Assembly (NCBI GenBank): GCA_017474765.1
Contig: JAFVGW010000060.1
Span: 1,427-65,426 of the forward strand
DNA length: 64,000 bases
DNA from: Salinivirgaceae bacterium
GTDB taxonomy: Bacteria; Bacteroidota; Bacteroidia; Bacteroidales; SZUA-534
Reading direction: 5' to 3'
Shown piece after piece: positions 28,561 to 37,184 of this stretch. The stretch's first letter is position 1, and every line of letters begins with the position of its first letter. The notes beneath the pieces are model-generated. The model searched no databases, was not told where the DNA came from, and saw nothing but the letters and a program-made list of their open reading frames with translations. A program made the position numbers and the translations under genes.

Positions 28561-28586
28561 CAAAAAAAGCCAACCTGCAGGTTGGC
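28561..28586 (-). terminator. secG intrinsic terminator
   Basis: A perfect palindrome GCCAACC-TGCA-GGTTGGC at 28569-28586 is followed on the minus strand by T7. Confidence 0.8.
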
Positions 28587-28613
28587 TTTTGTGTGATTTT
28601 TTGTATCCGAATC

Positions 28614-28952
28614 TTACTCGGCAGTCGTCTCTTCGGCTGCTGGTGCTGCTGTCGGGAAGTTACCCATAAACGACTCGGGTGTCTCTTCAATCTTCTCTTG
28701 AAGCATGCTGCCTTCAACTTCAGCCCCGCCGCGCGGAATGAATGCCGATGCCAGAATGCACAAAACAAGCAGAGCGCCTGCCAGTGTCCATGTGCCTTTC
28801 TCAAGGAAATCGGTAGTCTTGCGGACACCCATAACCTGATTGGCGCTGCTGAAATTCGATGCCAGACCGCCGCCCTTTGAGTTTTGGACTAACACAATGA
28901 GTATCATTAAGATGCAGACAAAAAATACAAGAACTGTGATAATTGTAAACAT
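28614..28952 (-). CDS. secG: Preprotein translocase subunit SecG
   Basis: A 112-aa protein with IVLVQNSKGGGLASNF between two transmembrane helices. Confidence 0.88.
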   Translation of the reverse strand: MFTIITVLVFFVCILMILIVLVQNSKGGGLASNFSSANQVMGVRKTTDFLEKGTWTLAGALLVLCILASAFIPRGGAEVEGSMLQEKIEETPESFMGNFPTAAPAAEETTAE

Positions 28953-28961
28953 TTCTTTAAG

Positions 28962-29726
28962 TTATTTATTGTTAATAATTTCCTTTATTTCTTTAATTCG
29001 AGCCGCAAAGTAAGCGTTTTTTTCCGGATATTTCAAACACAATTTTTCATACATGAGCAGAGCCTTTTCGTATGCCCCTGTTTTGAAATATATCTGCGCC
29101 AGAGTATCCGACATCAGGTCGGTGCTTTCAGTAGAGCTTTTAATTGAAAGGTCGGGCTCAGCTTTTTGATTTTCACCACTTTCTTCGGGTTGAATATTAA
29201 ATCCTTTGAAATTGTCGAGCAGCTCGGCGTGATGCTCTGCTTTGGTTTTTGGTGTCGGTTTGTCTTTTTTTCCGAAGGTCTGGCGGAAATCGTTCAGGTC
29301 GAAGGTATCGCTCAGATTGGCGAAATACGGCTGCACGGTTGTCGCGTTTTCAATCAGGTTGTCGAGCGCTGTTTTTGCCTTTTCAGATTCCGACGGTTTT
29401 GTTGTGAATCCTGCCAGCTCGGTCATCTTTGTAAAGTCGAACACTTCGGATTCGGCTTCAATCTGGTCGGGCGCGGCATCGTGCTTTATTATTACTCGCT
29501 CGTCGAGCAGGAAGAACAGCTTGGTGCGGTTGGTGACGTATACGGCTGTCTCGCGCAGCGCCTTGCCGTAGTTTGAGTAGCCCTGATTGCGCAAATTCTT
29601 GACGTACAGCATTCTGGCCGACTGAAAACACGGATATTCATCGACCAGTTCCTTGACTTCGGGCAGATTGCGGTCGCCCAGAAGTTCGGGATTCTGCATA
29701 TACATCATCAGTTTGCTCTTGTCCAT
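28962..29726 (-). CDS. Hypothetical protein with C-terminal TPR-like motif
   Basis: A 254-aa protein in the operon position between lptE and secG. It ends with AQIYFKTGAYEKALLMYEKLCLKYPEKNAYF. Confidence 0.65.
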   Translation of the reverse strand: MDKSKLMMYMQNPELLGDRNLPEVKELVDEYPCFQSARMLYVKNLRNQGYSNYGKALRETAVYVTNRTKLFFLLDERVIIKHDAAPDQIEAESEVFDFTKMTELAGFTTKPSESEKAKTALDNLIENATTVQPYFANLSDTFDLNDFRQTFGKKDKPTPKTKAEHHAELLDNFKGFNIQPEESGENQKAEPDLSIKSSTESTDLMSDTLAQIYFKTGAYEKALLMYEKLCLKYPEKNAYFAARIKEIKEIINNK

Positions 29727-29737
29727 TTCCGCTCAAA

Positions 29738-30238
29738 TTACCAGTTGACTACTGCTTTTGTAAATATGTCATCCACAAGGCTTTCGACAATTGTCTTGAC
29801 AAGTTGGTCTTCAACATCGGTCAGGTTGTACTGGCTGTCGTAGTCTTCGTAGCGCGAGAACGACGCGTCGAAGTTGGCGCTTTTGTCCTTGTTGTTCACA
29901 AACTTCACTTTTACGGTGATTGTCAGGCGGTTCTGCGCCGCCACATCGCCCGTTTTGATTGCCACAGGCTGCGTGCCGTAGGCTGTTATCGAGCCTTCGA
30001 AATAAAGGTCGGCGTTCTCGTCGCCCAGTTTCAGCGATGTCTGCCCAACAAATTTGTCCTTCATTGCTTCGGTCAGCTCGTTGGCGAGAGATGGGTTCAC
30101 CAGCGGTGCCACGTTGCGGAAGTCTGCAACAAAGACGGTTTTTGCGTCGGGCGGAATTGACGCGCCCGTGAACGAGTAGCTTATTGAGCACCCTGTCGCT
30201 ATGACGATGATTGATATGAGTATTATCAGTTTGCGCAT
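29738..30238 (-). CDS. lptE: LptE-family LPS-assembly lipoprotein
   Basis: A 166-aa protein with lipobox IATGC. Its size and position beside the sigma-54 activator and secG match the conserved Bacteroidota arrangement. Confidence 0.65.
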   Translation of the reverse strand: MRKLIILISIIVIATGCSISYSFTGASIPPDAKTVFVADFRNVAPLVNPSLANELTEAMKDKFVGQTSLKLGDENADLYFEGSITAYGTQPVAIKTGDVAAQNRLTITVKVKFVNNKDKSANFDASFSRYEDYDSQYNLTDVEDQLVKTIVESLVDDIFTKAVVNW

Positions 30239-30249
30239 TTTCTTGCTTG

Positions 30250-30382
30250 AGTAAAGTGTAATTTTAATGAGTAATGTTCAATGAGTAAAGTGTAATGTTT
30301 AATGAGTTTCAGCATTGGTAATTATAATTCCTAAATCCTAAATTCTAACTCCTAACTTCTAATTCCTAAATCCTAAATCAAA
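30250..30382 (-). repeat. Word-repeat spacer (sense on minus strand): TTAGGA block then ACATTAC/CTCATT block
   Basis: The minus strand reads GATTTAGGATTTAGGAATTAGAAGTTAGGAGTTAGAATTTAGGATTTAGGAATT. It continues with ...CTCATTAAACATTACACTTTACTCATTGAACATTACTCATTAAAATTACACTTTACTC up to the lptE start. Confidence 0.9.
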
Positions 30383-30387
30383 AATCC

Positions 30388-31623
30388 CTACTCAATGTTA
30401 TACTCTTTTATTTTCCGATAGAGTGTGCGCTCAGAGATGCCTAAATCTTCGGCTGCATACTTGCGCTTGCCGTTGTGCCGCATCAGCGCCTTGCGAATCA
30501 TTTCCACTTCTTTGTCTTCGAGTGAGAGCGACTCTTCCACAAACTCTTCAGTATCCTGAATATGAGTGTTTTGCGTGTCGGCGTGATGCGTGATAATCAT
30601 TGGTGCTTCATCGGTGTCGGCATAGTTGGATTTTTGGTCCGAATAGATGCTCTGGATGATGCGTGCGTGGTCTTTTGAGAACTGGGCATGGTCGCCCTTT
30701 TGTTCCATCAGATCGTGAACCAGCCGTTTCAGGTCGTTCACATCGTTTTTCATGTCGAAGAGCACCTTATATAATATCTCGCGCTCTGAAGCGAACGACT
30801 GCTCATCGGCGTGCCCGACAATGGCTGGCAGGTGTGCGCCTTCACTTTCAGGCAGATAGCGCTGCAGTGTTTCGGCCGTTATGGTGCGGTTCTCTTCAAG
30901 AATCGAAAGCTGCTCGGTGATGTTTTTCAGCTGGCGCACATTGCCGGGCCAGCGGAACCGTTCGAGCATTGCGCGGGCGTCGGGTGTGAGCGTCAGGGGC
31001 GGCATATGAAATTTGTCGGCAAAATCGGCTGTGAATTTGCGGAAAAGCAGATGAATGTCGTCAACGCGCTCGCGCAGGGGCGGAATCTTGATTGGCACGG
31101 TGTTGAGACGGTAGTACAGGTCTTCGCGGAACTTGCCAGTCTCAACCGCCTGAAGCACATTCACGTTGGTTGCCGCCACCACCCGCACGTTGGTCTTCTG
31201 CACCTTCGACGAGCCGACACGGATAAACTCGCCACTCTCGAGCACGCGCAACAAACGCGCTTGTGTCGACAGCGGCATCTCGGCCACTTCGTCAAGGAAG
31301 ATGGTTCCGTTGTCGGCCACTTCAAAATAGCCTTTCCGCGCTTCGTGCGCACCCGTGAACGCGCCCTTCTCATGACCGAAAAGTTCCGAGTCGATGGTGC
31401 CTTCGGGAATGGCGCCACAGTTGACGGCTATATACTCGCCGTGCTTGCGCGAGCTGTATTGGTGGATAATCTTCGGGAATGTCTCTTTGCCTGTGCCGCT
31501 CTCGCCAGTTACCAGCACGGCCAGGTCGGTAGGTGCCACCTGGATGGCGCGCTCAATGGCGCGGTTCAGCCCTTCGGCGTTACCGATTATCCCGAATCGT
31601 TGTTTGACTTGCTGTAAGTCCAT
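30388..31623 (-). CDS. Sigma-54-dependent transcriptional activator (AAA+ and HTH only, no sensory domain)
   Basis: I start it at MDLQQVKQRFGIIGN. It has Walker A GESGTGKE, the GAFTGA loop, and a C-terminal HTH (ISERTLYRKIKEYNI). Confidence 0.9.
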   Translation of the reverse strand: MDLQQVKQRFGIIGNAEGLNRAIERAIQVAPTDLAVLVTGESGTGKETFPKIIHQYSSRKHGEYIAVNCGAIPEGTIDSELFGHEKGAFTGAHEARKGYFEVADNGTIFLDEVAEMPLSTQARLLRVLESGEFIRVGSSKVQKTNVRVVAATNVNVLQAVETGKFREDLYYRLNTVPIKIPPLRERVDDIHLLFRKFTADFADKFHMPPLTLTPDARAMLERFRWPGNVRQLKNITEQLSILEENRTITAETLQRYLPESEGAHLPAIVGHADEQSFASEREILYKVLFDMKNDVNDLKRLVHDLMEQKGDHAQFSKDHARIIQSIYSDQKSNYADTDEAPMIITHHADTQNTHIQDTEEFVEESLSLEDKEVEMIRKALMRHNGKRKYAAEDLGISERTLYRKIKEYNIE

Positions 31624-31695
31624 ATCGTTTCCATTAAAGACTGACAAAATTACACTATTTATGCAAATTGTGTCAGTTTTTGCCGCAGTCTGCAG

Positions 31696-31721
31696 CAAAA
31701 AAAAGCGGCTGAAATGCCGCT
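31696..31721 (-). terminator. Intrinsic terminator of the 31747..32562 gene
   Basis: The minus strand reads AGCGGC-ATTTCA-GCCGCT followed by T8. Confidence 0.75.
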
Positions 31722-31746
31722 TTTATATTAATTGTGTAAAATCAGA

Positions 31747-32562
31747 TCAGACAATAGCGTTGCGCATTTTCTTGACAATGCCAGACACAGCCTCGAATTT
31801 CTCCAGATTGTTCATATCGGCCTTCAAAGCCTCAATGGGTTCTTGAAGATTGTTGAGGTTTTCGTAGAATTCAGAAAAATCAGAGCTGTCCTTCCTGCTC
31901 TCAAGATACTTGAGTATTGTAGAAGAGTACTCGAAATGGCTGACGGCAACCTTGATGAATTCCATGTTGTTTGAAGCCAAATCAGAAGCTGTGACACAGA
32001 TGTAGGCGCTTTCAACCCAGCTGCCGATGAGGAACAGCAGGGCAGTTTCGGTCTGGCTTGTCTGATTCAGAATGTACTGCGAATCTTTGAACAAATCTTT
32101 GACAACCGATGTCAGCTCTTCAACATTGTTGATGTTGTTCTGGAATTTGTCAGAAATTTTGCTTGCGTCGATGCTGATGTTCAGGTCGCTTGCCAAGCCC
32201 AGGATGCACTTCAGGTACTCCTCAGTTTCGGCCTTGCGCTGGTAAGCCACCTCGTAGCTCAGGTCGGCAGAGTAAACGCCAAGGTTCAGAGCTTTCTGTT
32301 TGGTGCTCAGGTAGCTTTCTTGATTGGCCAAACTGTTTGTTGCCTCAAACACATAGCTGACACCCAAATTGTTAACCATTTTCATCAGGTCAATCGAAGT
32401 CGGTGTTGGAATGTTTTCAAAATCCTCGATTATCTGAGAAATTGACACATCATCTATCTCTGATGCAGCATCTTTTGTTTTTTTATTCCCGTCATTGCTG
32501 CAAGCAACCAAAAGAATGGAGCTCATTGCCAATGCTAAAAGGGTATTAAATAAACGTTTCAT
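31747..32562 (-). CDS. Hypothetical lipoprotein
   Basis: A 271-aa protein with lipobox LLVACSN and a helical, acidic body. No motif recognised. Confidence 0.7.
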   Translation of the reverse strand: MKRLFNTLLALAMSSILLVACSNDGNKKTKDAASEIDDVSISQIIEDFENIPTPTSIDLMKMVNNLGVSYVFEATNSLANQESYLSTKQKALNLGVYSADLSYEVAYQRKAETEEYLKCILGLASDLNISIDASKISDKFQNNINNVEELTSVVKDLFKDSQYILNQTSQTETALLFLIGSWVESAYICVTASDLASNNMEFIKVAVSHFEYSSTILKYLESRKDSSDFSEFYENLNNLQEPIEALKADMNNLEKFEAVSGIVKKMRNAIV

Positions 32563-32966
32563 ACCTAATAAAATGAGATTTTAAACGATCATATATAGGG
32601 CAAAGATATAATTTTTATGGTAAATAATGATTTACGTCAATGTTTTTTGCCATGAATTTTTTTTATTGTGGCAAAACCGCCTAAAAACATGATAAAAAGG
32701 CTGCTTTTGTAGGCTGAATCGCACAAAAATGTGGTTGAAGTTGGTTAAACAGACGTGCTGAAACCATCTGTGATGGCGTTTCAGACATAAAATAGCGTAA
32801 TATTGGCCAGATATGCACGCAACCTTTGTCATGTTATTACCGTCTATTAGTCGATGTTAAACATCAAACGTTTTTTCATTTAGTTGCACGGGCGGTCCGG
32901 AATGGCCGCCTATTTTTTTAGGCGGGCAACAATTCTATTTTCTTACCTTTGGCGAAAAAAACAGAT

Positions 32967-33368
32967 ATGAGAATTGAGAGCCGAATTGGACACGTTTACG
33001 CAACCACTGAGCGTGTATTTTCCTTAATATCAGACTTTAGTCGCATCAACACAACCATGTTGCCACAGAACGATAAGATTAAAGATGTTGAGGCAACGGC
33101 CGACTCTTGTACTTTCACCATCGACAAAGCGGGTCGGTTTGGAATGCGAATTGTTGAGCGCGAACCATACAATTTGTTGAAAATTGAAAGCATGGAGTCG
33201 CCTTTACAATTCAAATTGTGGATTCAACTCAAGGAGTATCACGATACCGAAACGGCTGTCAAGGTTACGCTTGATGCCGAAGTCAACGCTCTGATGTCGG
33301 TGATGGTGAAAAAGCCGCTGACCGAATTTGTTGAAACGCTTGTGTCTAAAATGGAACTTATCAGATAA
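32967..33368 (+). CDS. SRPBCC (START/polyketide-cyclase-like) family protein
   Basis: It has about 133 aa from the ATG at 32967 (the ORF track starts at TTG 32949). The SRPBCC-like pattern is ...VFSLISDFSRI...KIESMESPLQFKLWIQL... Confidence 0.55.
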   Translation: MRIESRIGHVYATTERVFSLISDFSRINTTMLPQNDKIKDVEATADSCTFTIDKAGRFGMRIVEREPYNLLKIESMESPLQFKLWIQLKEYHDTETAVKVTLDAEVNALMSVMVKKPLTEFVETLVSKMELIR

Positions 33369-33391
33369 TCCGACTCTGTATATTGCTGGAA

Positions 33392-34396
33392 ATGAAGATA
33401 AAAACTCTGTTGGTTCAAATTGCCATGGTTATGCTGGCTGCCAGTTGCGGCAACAAGGGCATCGATATTAGTGGCACTTATAAAGACATTGAGATTCAGC
33501 GGTTTGAACAGGATTTGTTTGCCATTTCACCTGATAGCGTGTGGCAGTGTGTTCCGCAGATGGAAGCGAAATACGGCCGATTCTTTGAACTTTATAATCA
33601 ACGAGTTATCTGCATCGGCGGCATCAACCAACTTGATTACGACCGCAAGCTTGCATCGTTCCTGACCGACCCCGACATCCGAGGTTCGTACCGCGTGGTG
33701 TGTCGTGTCTTCGGCACAGGTAGACTGACCTTTGAGCGCGATTTGTCGGAGGCGTGGGCGCGAATGAAAGTGCTGTTTCCAAATATTGAATTACCAAAGG
33801 TTTATACTCACATATCGGGTTTCAATCAGAATATTGTGGCCGATTCGGGTGTAATCAGTATCAGTCTTGATAAATATCTGGGTGTCAATAACAAATATTA
33901 CCAGATGCTGCGTACGCCAGTCTATCTGCAACGCAACATGCACCCGCAGAAAATTGCCACTGATGTAGTGCTTGCTTTGTGTCTGACAGAATTTGAGTAT
34001 GCGCCGAAAGATGACAATCTTATTTCGCAGATGCTCTACTACGGCAAGATTCATGTTTTGCTCGATGCTCTGCTTCCCAACGCACCCGACACTCTGAGGT
34101 GGGGCTACACGCAGCAGCAACTCGACTGGTGCCGCCGCAACGAGCAGCCGATGTGGCTCTCGATGGTTGAGAAAGACGCGCTTTTCAGCACATCAATAAA
34201 GGAAATAAACCGAATGGTGGCGCCGGCTCCGTTCACGGCATCGTTCTCGCAGAAATCGCCTGGCGGAGTGGGGCAGTGGATAGGTTATCGGATTGTGAAG
34301 TCGTATCTGAAACATAATCCGAAAGTTACGATTCAAGAGCTGATGCGCGAAAACGATTACCAGATAGTTCTCAACGCGTCACGCTACAAGCCCTAA
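33392..34396 (+). CDS. GldB-like lipoprotein
   Basis: It has lipobox MLAASC. IEIQRFEQDLFAISPD and ISLDKYLG resemble gliding-motility lipoprotein GldB. The assignment is by recollection of the family, not by search. Confidence 0.55.
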   Translation: MKIKTLLVQIAMVMLAASCGNKGIDISGTYKDIEIQRFEQDLFAISPDSVWQCVPQMEAKYGRFFELYNQRVICIGGINQLDYDRKLASFLTDPDIRGSYRVVCRVFGTGRLTFERDLSEAWARMKVLFPNIELPKVYTHISGFNQNIVADSGVISISLDKYLGVNNKYYQMLRTPVYLQRNMHPQKIATDVVLALCLTEFEYAPKDDNLISQMLYYGKIHVLLDALLPNAPDTLRWGYTQQQLDWCRRNEQPMWLSMVEKDALFSTSIKEINRMVAPAPFTASFSQKSPGGVGQWIGYRIVKSYLKHNPKVTIQELMRENDYQIVLNASRYKP

Positions 34397-34441
34397 TCCA
34401 TCAATTATAATTCAGTAAATCAATCTTTCAGTTAATCAATT

Positions 34442-35722
34442 ATGCAGACGGTTTTTGGAACAGAATTCAGTCGCGACGACATTGAGATTATGGCGCCGGT
34501 GGGCTCGTACGAGTCGCTTGCGGCGGCCATTCAGGCGGGTGCCAACTCAATCTATTTCGGCGTCGAGAACCTGAATATGCGGTCGCACTCGGCAAACAAT
34601 TTCACCATCGGCGATCTGCACCGCATTGTGGGCATCTGCAAGGAACACGGCCTGAAATCGTACCTGACGGTGAACACCATCATCTACGACTCGGAACTCG
34701 ACCTGATGCGCAGCATTGTTGACGCGGCGGCCGAAGCCGGACTGACAGCCATCATTGCCTGCGACCTGTCGGTGCTGCAGTACGCACGCTCGAAAGGCGT
34801 TGAAGTGCACGCATCTACACAACTGAATATCACTAATATAGAAGCTGTGCGGTTTTTCGCGCAGTATTGCGATGTGGTGGTCACCGCCCGCGAGCTGAAC
34901 CTTGACCAAGTGGCCGCCATTGCCCGCGCCATCAGCGAGCAGAACATTCGTGGGCCGAAGGGCGAACTTGTTCAGATTGAAGTGTTTGCACACGGTGCGC
35001 TTTGTATGGCCATTTCTGGAAAATGCTATTTGAGTCTGCACCAATACGGGCGTTCAGCCAATCGCGGACAATGCTTCCAACCGTGCCGCCGCGGCTACGA
35101 AGTCACCGACTGCGAAACCGGTCAGCAGCTGCTCATCGACGACAAATACATTATGTCGCCCAAAGACCTGTGCACCCTGCCGTTCCTGGACCGCGTGCTG
35201 CGTGCCGGCGTGCGAGTGCTGAAGATTGAAGGCCGTGCCCGCGGGGCGGAATATGTGAAAACGGTGGTCGAGAGCTACCGCCGTGCCATTGATGCGATTT
35301 GCGATGAAACGTTCAGTCAACAGATTATCGACGAGCAAGTTAACCGACTCAAAACCGTGTTCAACCGCGGATTTTGGGACGGTTATTATTTAGGCCGGCG
35401 CTTGGGCGAGTGGTCGGGCGTGTACGGCTCAAAGGCCACCAAACGCAAGGAATACGTGGGCCGCTGCACCAATTTCTTCACAAAGCTGAACGTTGCCGAA
35501 ATCACGCTCGAGAGCGGTGCTCTGCACACCGGCGACCAACTGCTCATAATGGGCGAGACAACAGGCGTTTACGAGCACACAATCAGCGAGATGCGTGTGG
35601 ATTTGAAACCCGTGGACGAAGCCGTCAAAGGGCAGGCGCTTTCGATTGCCGTAACCGACATTGTCCGCCGCGGCGACCGTGTCTATAAACTAGTTGACAC
35701 ACAGGCAAGTTTGATGGAATGA
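34442..35722 (+). CDS. Peptidase U32 family protein
   Basis: A 426-aa protein with the U32 signature region EVFAHGALCMAISGKCYLS. Confidence 0.88.
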   Translation: MQTVFGTEFSRDDIEIMAPVGSYESLAAAIQAGANSIYFGVENLNMRSHSANNFTIGDLHRIVGICKEHGLKSYLTVNTIIYDSELDLMRSIVDAAAEAGLTAIIACDLSVLQYARSKGVEVHASTQLNITNIEAVRFFAQYCDVVVTARELNLDQVAAIARAISEQNIRGPKGELVQIEVFAHGALCMAISGKCYLSLHQYGRSANRGQCFQPCRRGYEVTDCETGQQLLIDDKYIMSPKDLCTLPFLDRVLRAGVRVLKIEGRARGAEYVKTVVESYRRAIDAICDETFSQQIIDEQVNRLKTVFNRGFWDGYYLGRRLGEWSGVYGSKATKRKEYVGRCTNFFTKLNVAEITLESGALHTGDQLLIMGETTGVYEHTISEMRVDLKPVDEAVKGQALSIAVTDIVRRGDRVYKLVDTQASLME

Positions 35723-35827
35723 GCCATACCAAAATCACGTATCACCACACAAAAAATCGCCTTTGCCGAAAAAATCTCTTGCACATTAAAAATATTTCCT
35801 CACATTTGCGCCGCAAAATTAAAAGTG

Positions 35828-35890
35828 ATGAACACATTTTTTGGAAACGGTAATTGGTGGTGGCGCTTACAGATTCAGATTTGTGAGTAA
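35828..35890 (+). CDS. trp operon leader peptide (MNTFFGNGNWWWRLQIQICE)
   Basis: It has 20 codons with three consecutive TGG codons at 35855-35863. It lies 88 nt upstream of trpB and is followed by a terminator. Confidence 0.75.
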   Translation: MNTFFGNGNWWWRLQIQICE

Positions 35891-35922
35891 CGCACCCTGT
35901 TGTCCAAAAATTAACGAATACA

Positions 35923-35951
35923 GCCCGTCGTACTCACGACGGGCTTTTTTT
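35923..35951 (+). terminator. trp attenuator terminator
   Basis: GCCCGTCGT-ACTC-ACGACGGGC is followed by T7. GTGAGTA (35883-35889, overlapping the leader stop codon) can instead pair with TACTCAC (35931-35937) as an antiterminator. Confidence 0.8.
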
Positions 35952-35977
35952 ATGTCAATTTTTAATAAGAAAACAAT

Positions 35978-37165
35978 ATGAAGTACAATGTCGATGAAAA
36001 CGGTTACTACGGTGAGTTTGTCGGCGCTTACGTGCCCGAGATTCTCTACCGCAACGTTAAAGATTTGAAGGCCAACTATCTGAAGATTATGGGCGAGCCC
36101 GATTTTCAGAAGGAACTCAACCAACTGCTGCACGACTATGTGGGCCGTCCCACGCCGCTCTATCAGGCCAAGCGGCTGTCGGAGGCGGTGGGCGCCAAGG
36201 TCTATCTGAAGCGCGAGGACCTGTGCCACACGGGAGCGCACAAACTCAACAACGCTCTGGGGCAGATTCTGCTGGCGCGGCGGATGGGCAAGACGCGCAT
36301 TGTGGCCGAGACGGGCGCTGGTCAGCACGGAGTGGCAACGGCCACCGTCTGCGCGCTGATGAATATGGAGTGCGTGGTTTATATGGGCGAGACCGACGTC
36401 AAGCGGCAGTTTCTCAACGTGCAGCGAATGAAGATGTTAGGCGCGAAGGTTGTTCCCGTGATGTCGGGCAACCGCACGCTGAAAGACGCCACCAACGAGG
36501 CCATTCGCGACTGGTGCTGCAATCCGCGCGACACCTTCTACATTATCGGCTCGGTGGTGGGCCCCGACCCATACCCCGATATGGTTGCCCGCTTTCAATC
36601 GGTTATCAGTGAGGAGATTAAACGCCAACTGAAGGAGCAAGAAGGCCGCGAGAACCCCGATTATCTGGTTGCCTGCGTGGGCGGCGGAAGCAATGCGGCT
36701 GGAACGTTCTACCACTATCTCGACACCGACAGCGTGAAACTCATTGCCGCCGAGGCCGCTGGTCTGGGCGTCGACACCGACAAGAGCGCCGCCACCATTC
36801 ACCTGGGGCGCGTGGGTGTGCTGCACGGCAGCAAATCGCTGGTGATGCAGACCGACGACGGCCAAATCATTGAGCCATACTCAATTTCGGCTGGTCTCGA
36901 CTATCCTGGCATTGGCCCGATGCACGCCCACCTGGCACGCTGCGGACGCTCGCAGGTGCTGGCCGTCACCGACCAACAGGCAATGGACGCCGCTCTGCAA
37001 CTCACTCGCCTTGAGGGAATTATCCCCGCCATTGAGAGCGCGCACGCACTGGCCGCCTTGCAGCAAATCAAGTTCAAACCGACTGATGTGGTGGTGCTCA
37101 CCGTGTCGGGACGCGGCGACAAGGATATGAACACATTCTCGACTTATTTCGAAGGAAAAATCTAA
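35978..37165 (+). CDS. trpB: Tryptophan synthase beta chain
   Basis: It has the PLP-lysine motif [15 protein letters not shown]. 395 aa. Confidence 0.96.
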   Translation: MKYNVDENGYYGEFVGAYVPEILYRNVKDLKANYLKIMGEPDFQKELNQLLHDYVGRPTPLYQAKRLSEAVGAKVYLKREDLCHTGAHKLNNALGQILLARRMGKTRIVAETGAGQHGVATATVCALMNMECVVYMGETDVKRQFLNVQRMKMLGAKVVPVMSGNRTLKDATNEAIRDWCCNPRDTFYIIGSVVGPDPYPDMVARFQSVISEEIKRQLKEQEGRENPDYLVACVGGGSNAAGTFYHYLDTDSVKLIAAEAAGLGVDTDKSAATIHLGRVGVLHGSKSLVMQTDDGQIIEPYSISAGLDYPGIGPMHAHLARCGRSQVLAVTDQQAMDAALQLTRLEGIIPAIESAHALAALQQIKFKPTDVVVLTVSGRGDKDMNTFSTYFEGKI

Positions 37166-37184
37166 AAATCAAATATTTACAATT

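Noticed and set aside
28474-28563. N-terminal extensions offered by the ORF track (hemW to 28563, sigma-54 activator to 31698, HAD to 2156, fusion transporter to 9351)
   Set aside because: The extensions run through terminators or the preceding gene, or start at TTG/GTG. The internal ATGs give canonical N-termini, such as MAGIYIHVPFC for HemW.
32632-32832. 66-aa minus-strand ORF in the divergent gap before the SRPBCC gene
   Set aside because: It has no start context or motifs, its composition matches non-coding AT-rich DNA, and it overlaps predicted hairpins.
35867-36328. 153-aa minus-strand ORF overlapping the trp leader and the trpB 5' end
   Set aside because: It is antisense to trpB and to a well-formed attenuator, and nothing supports its translation.
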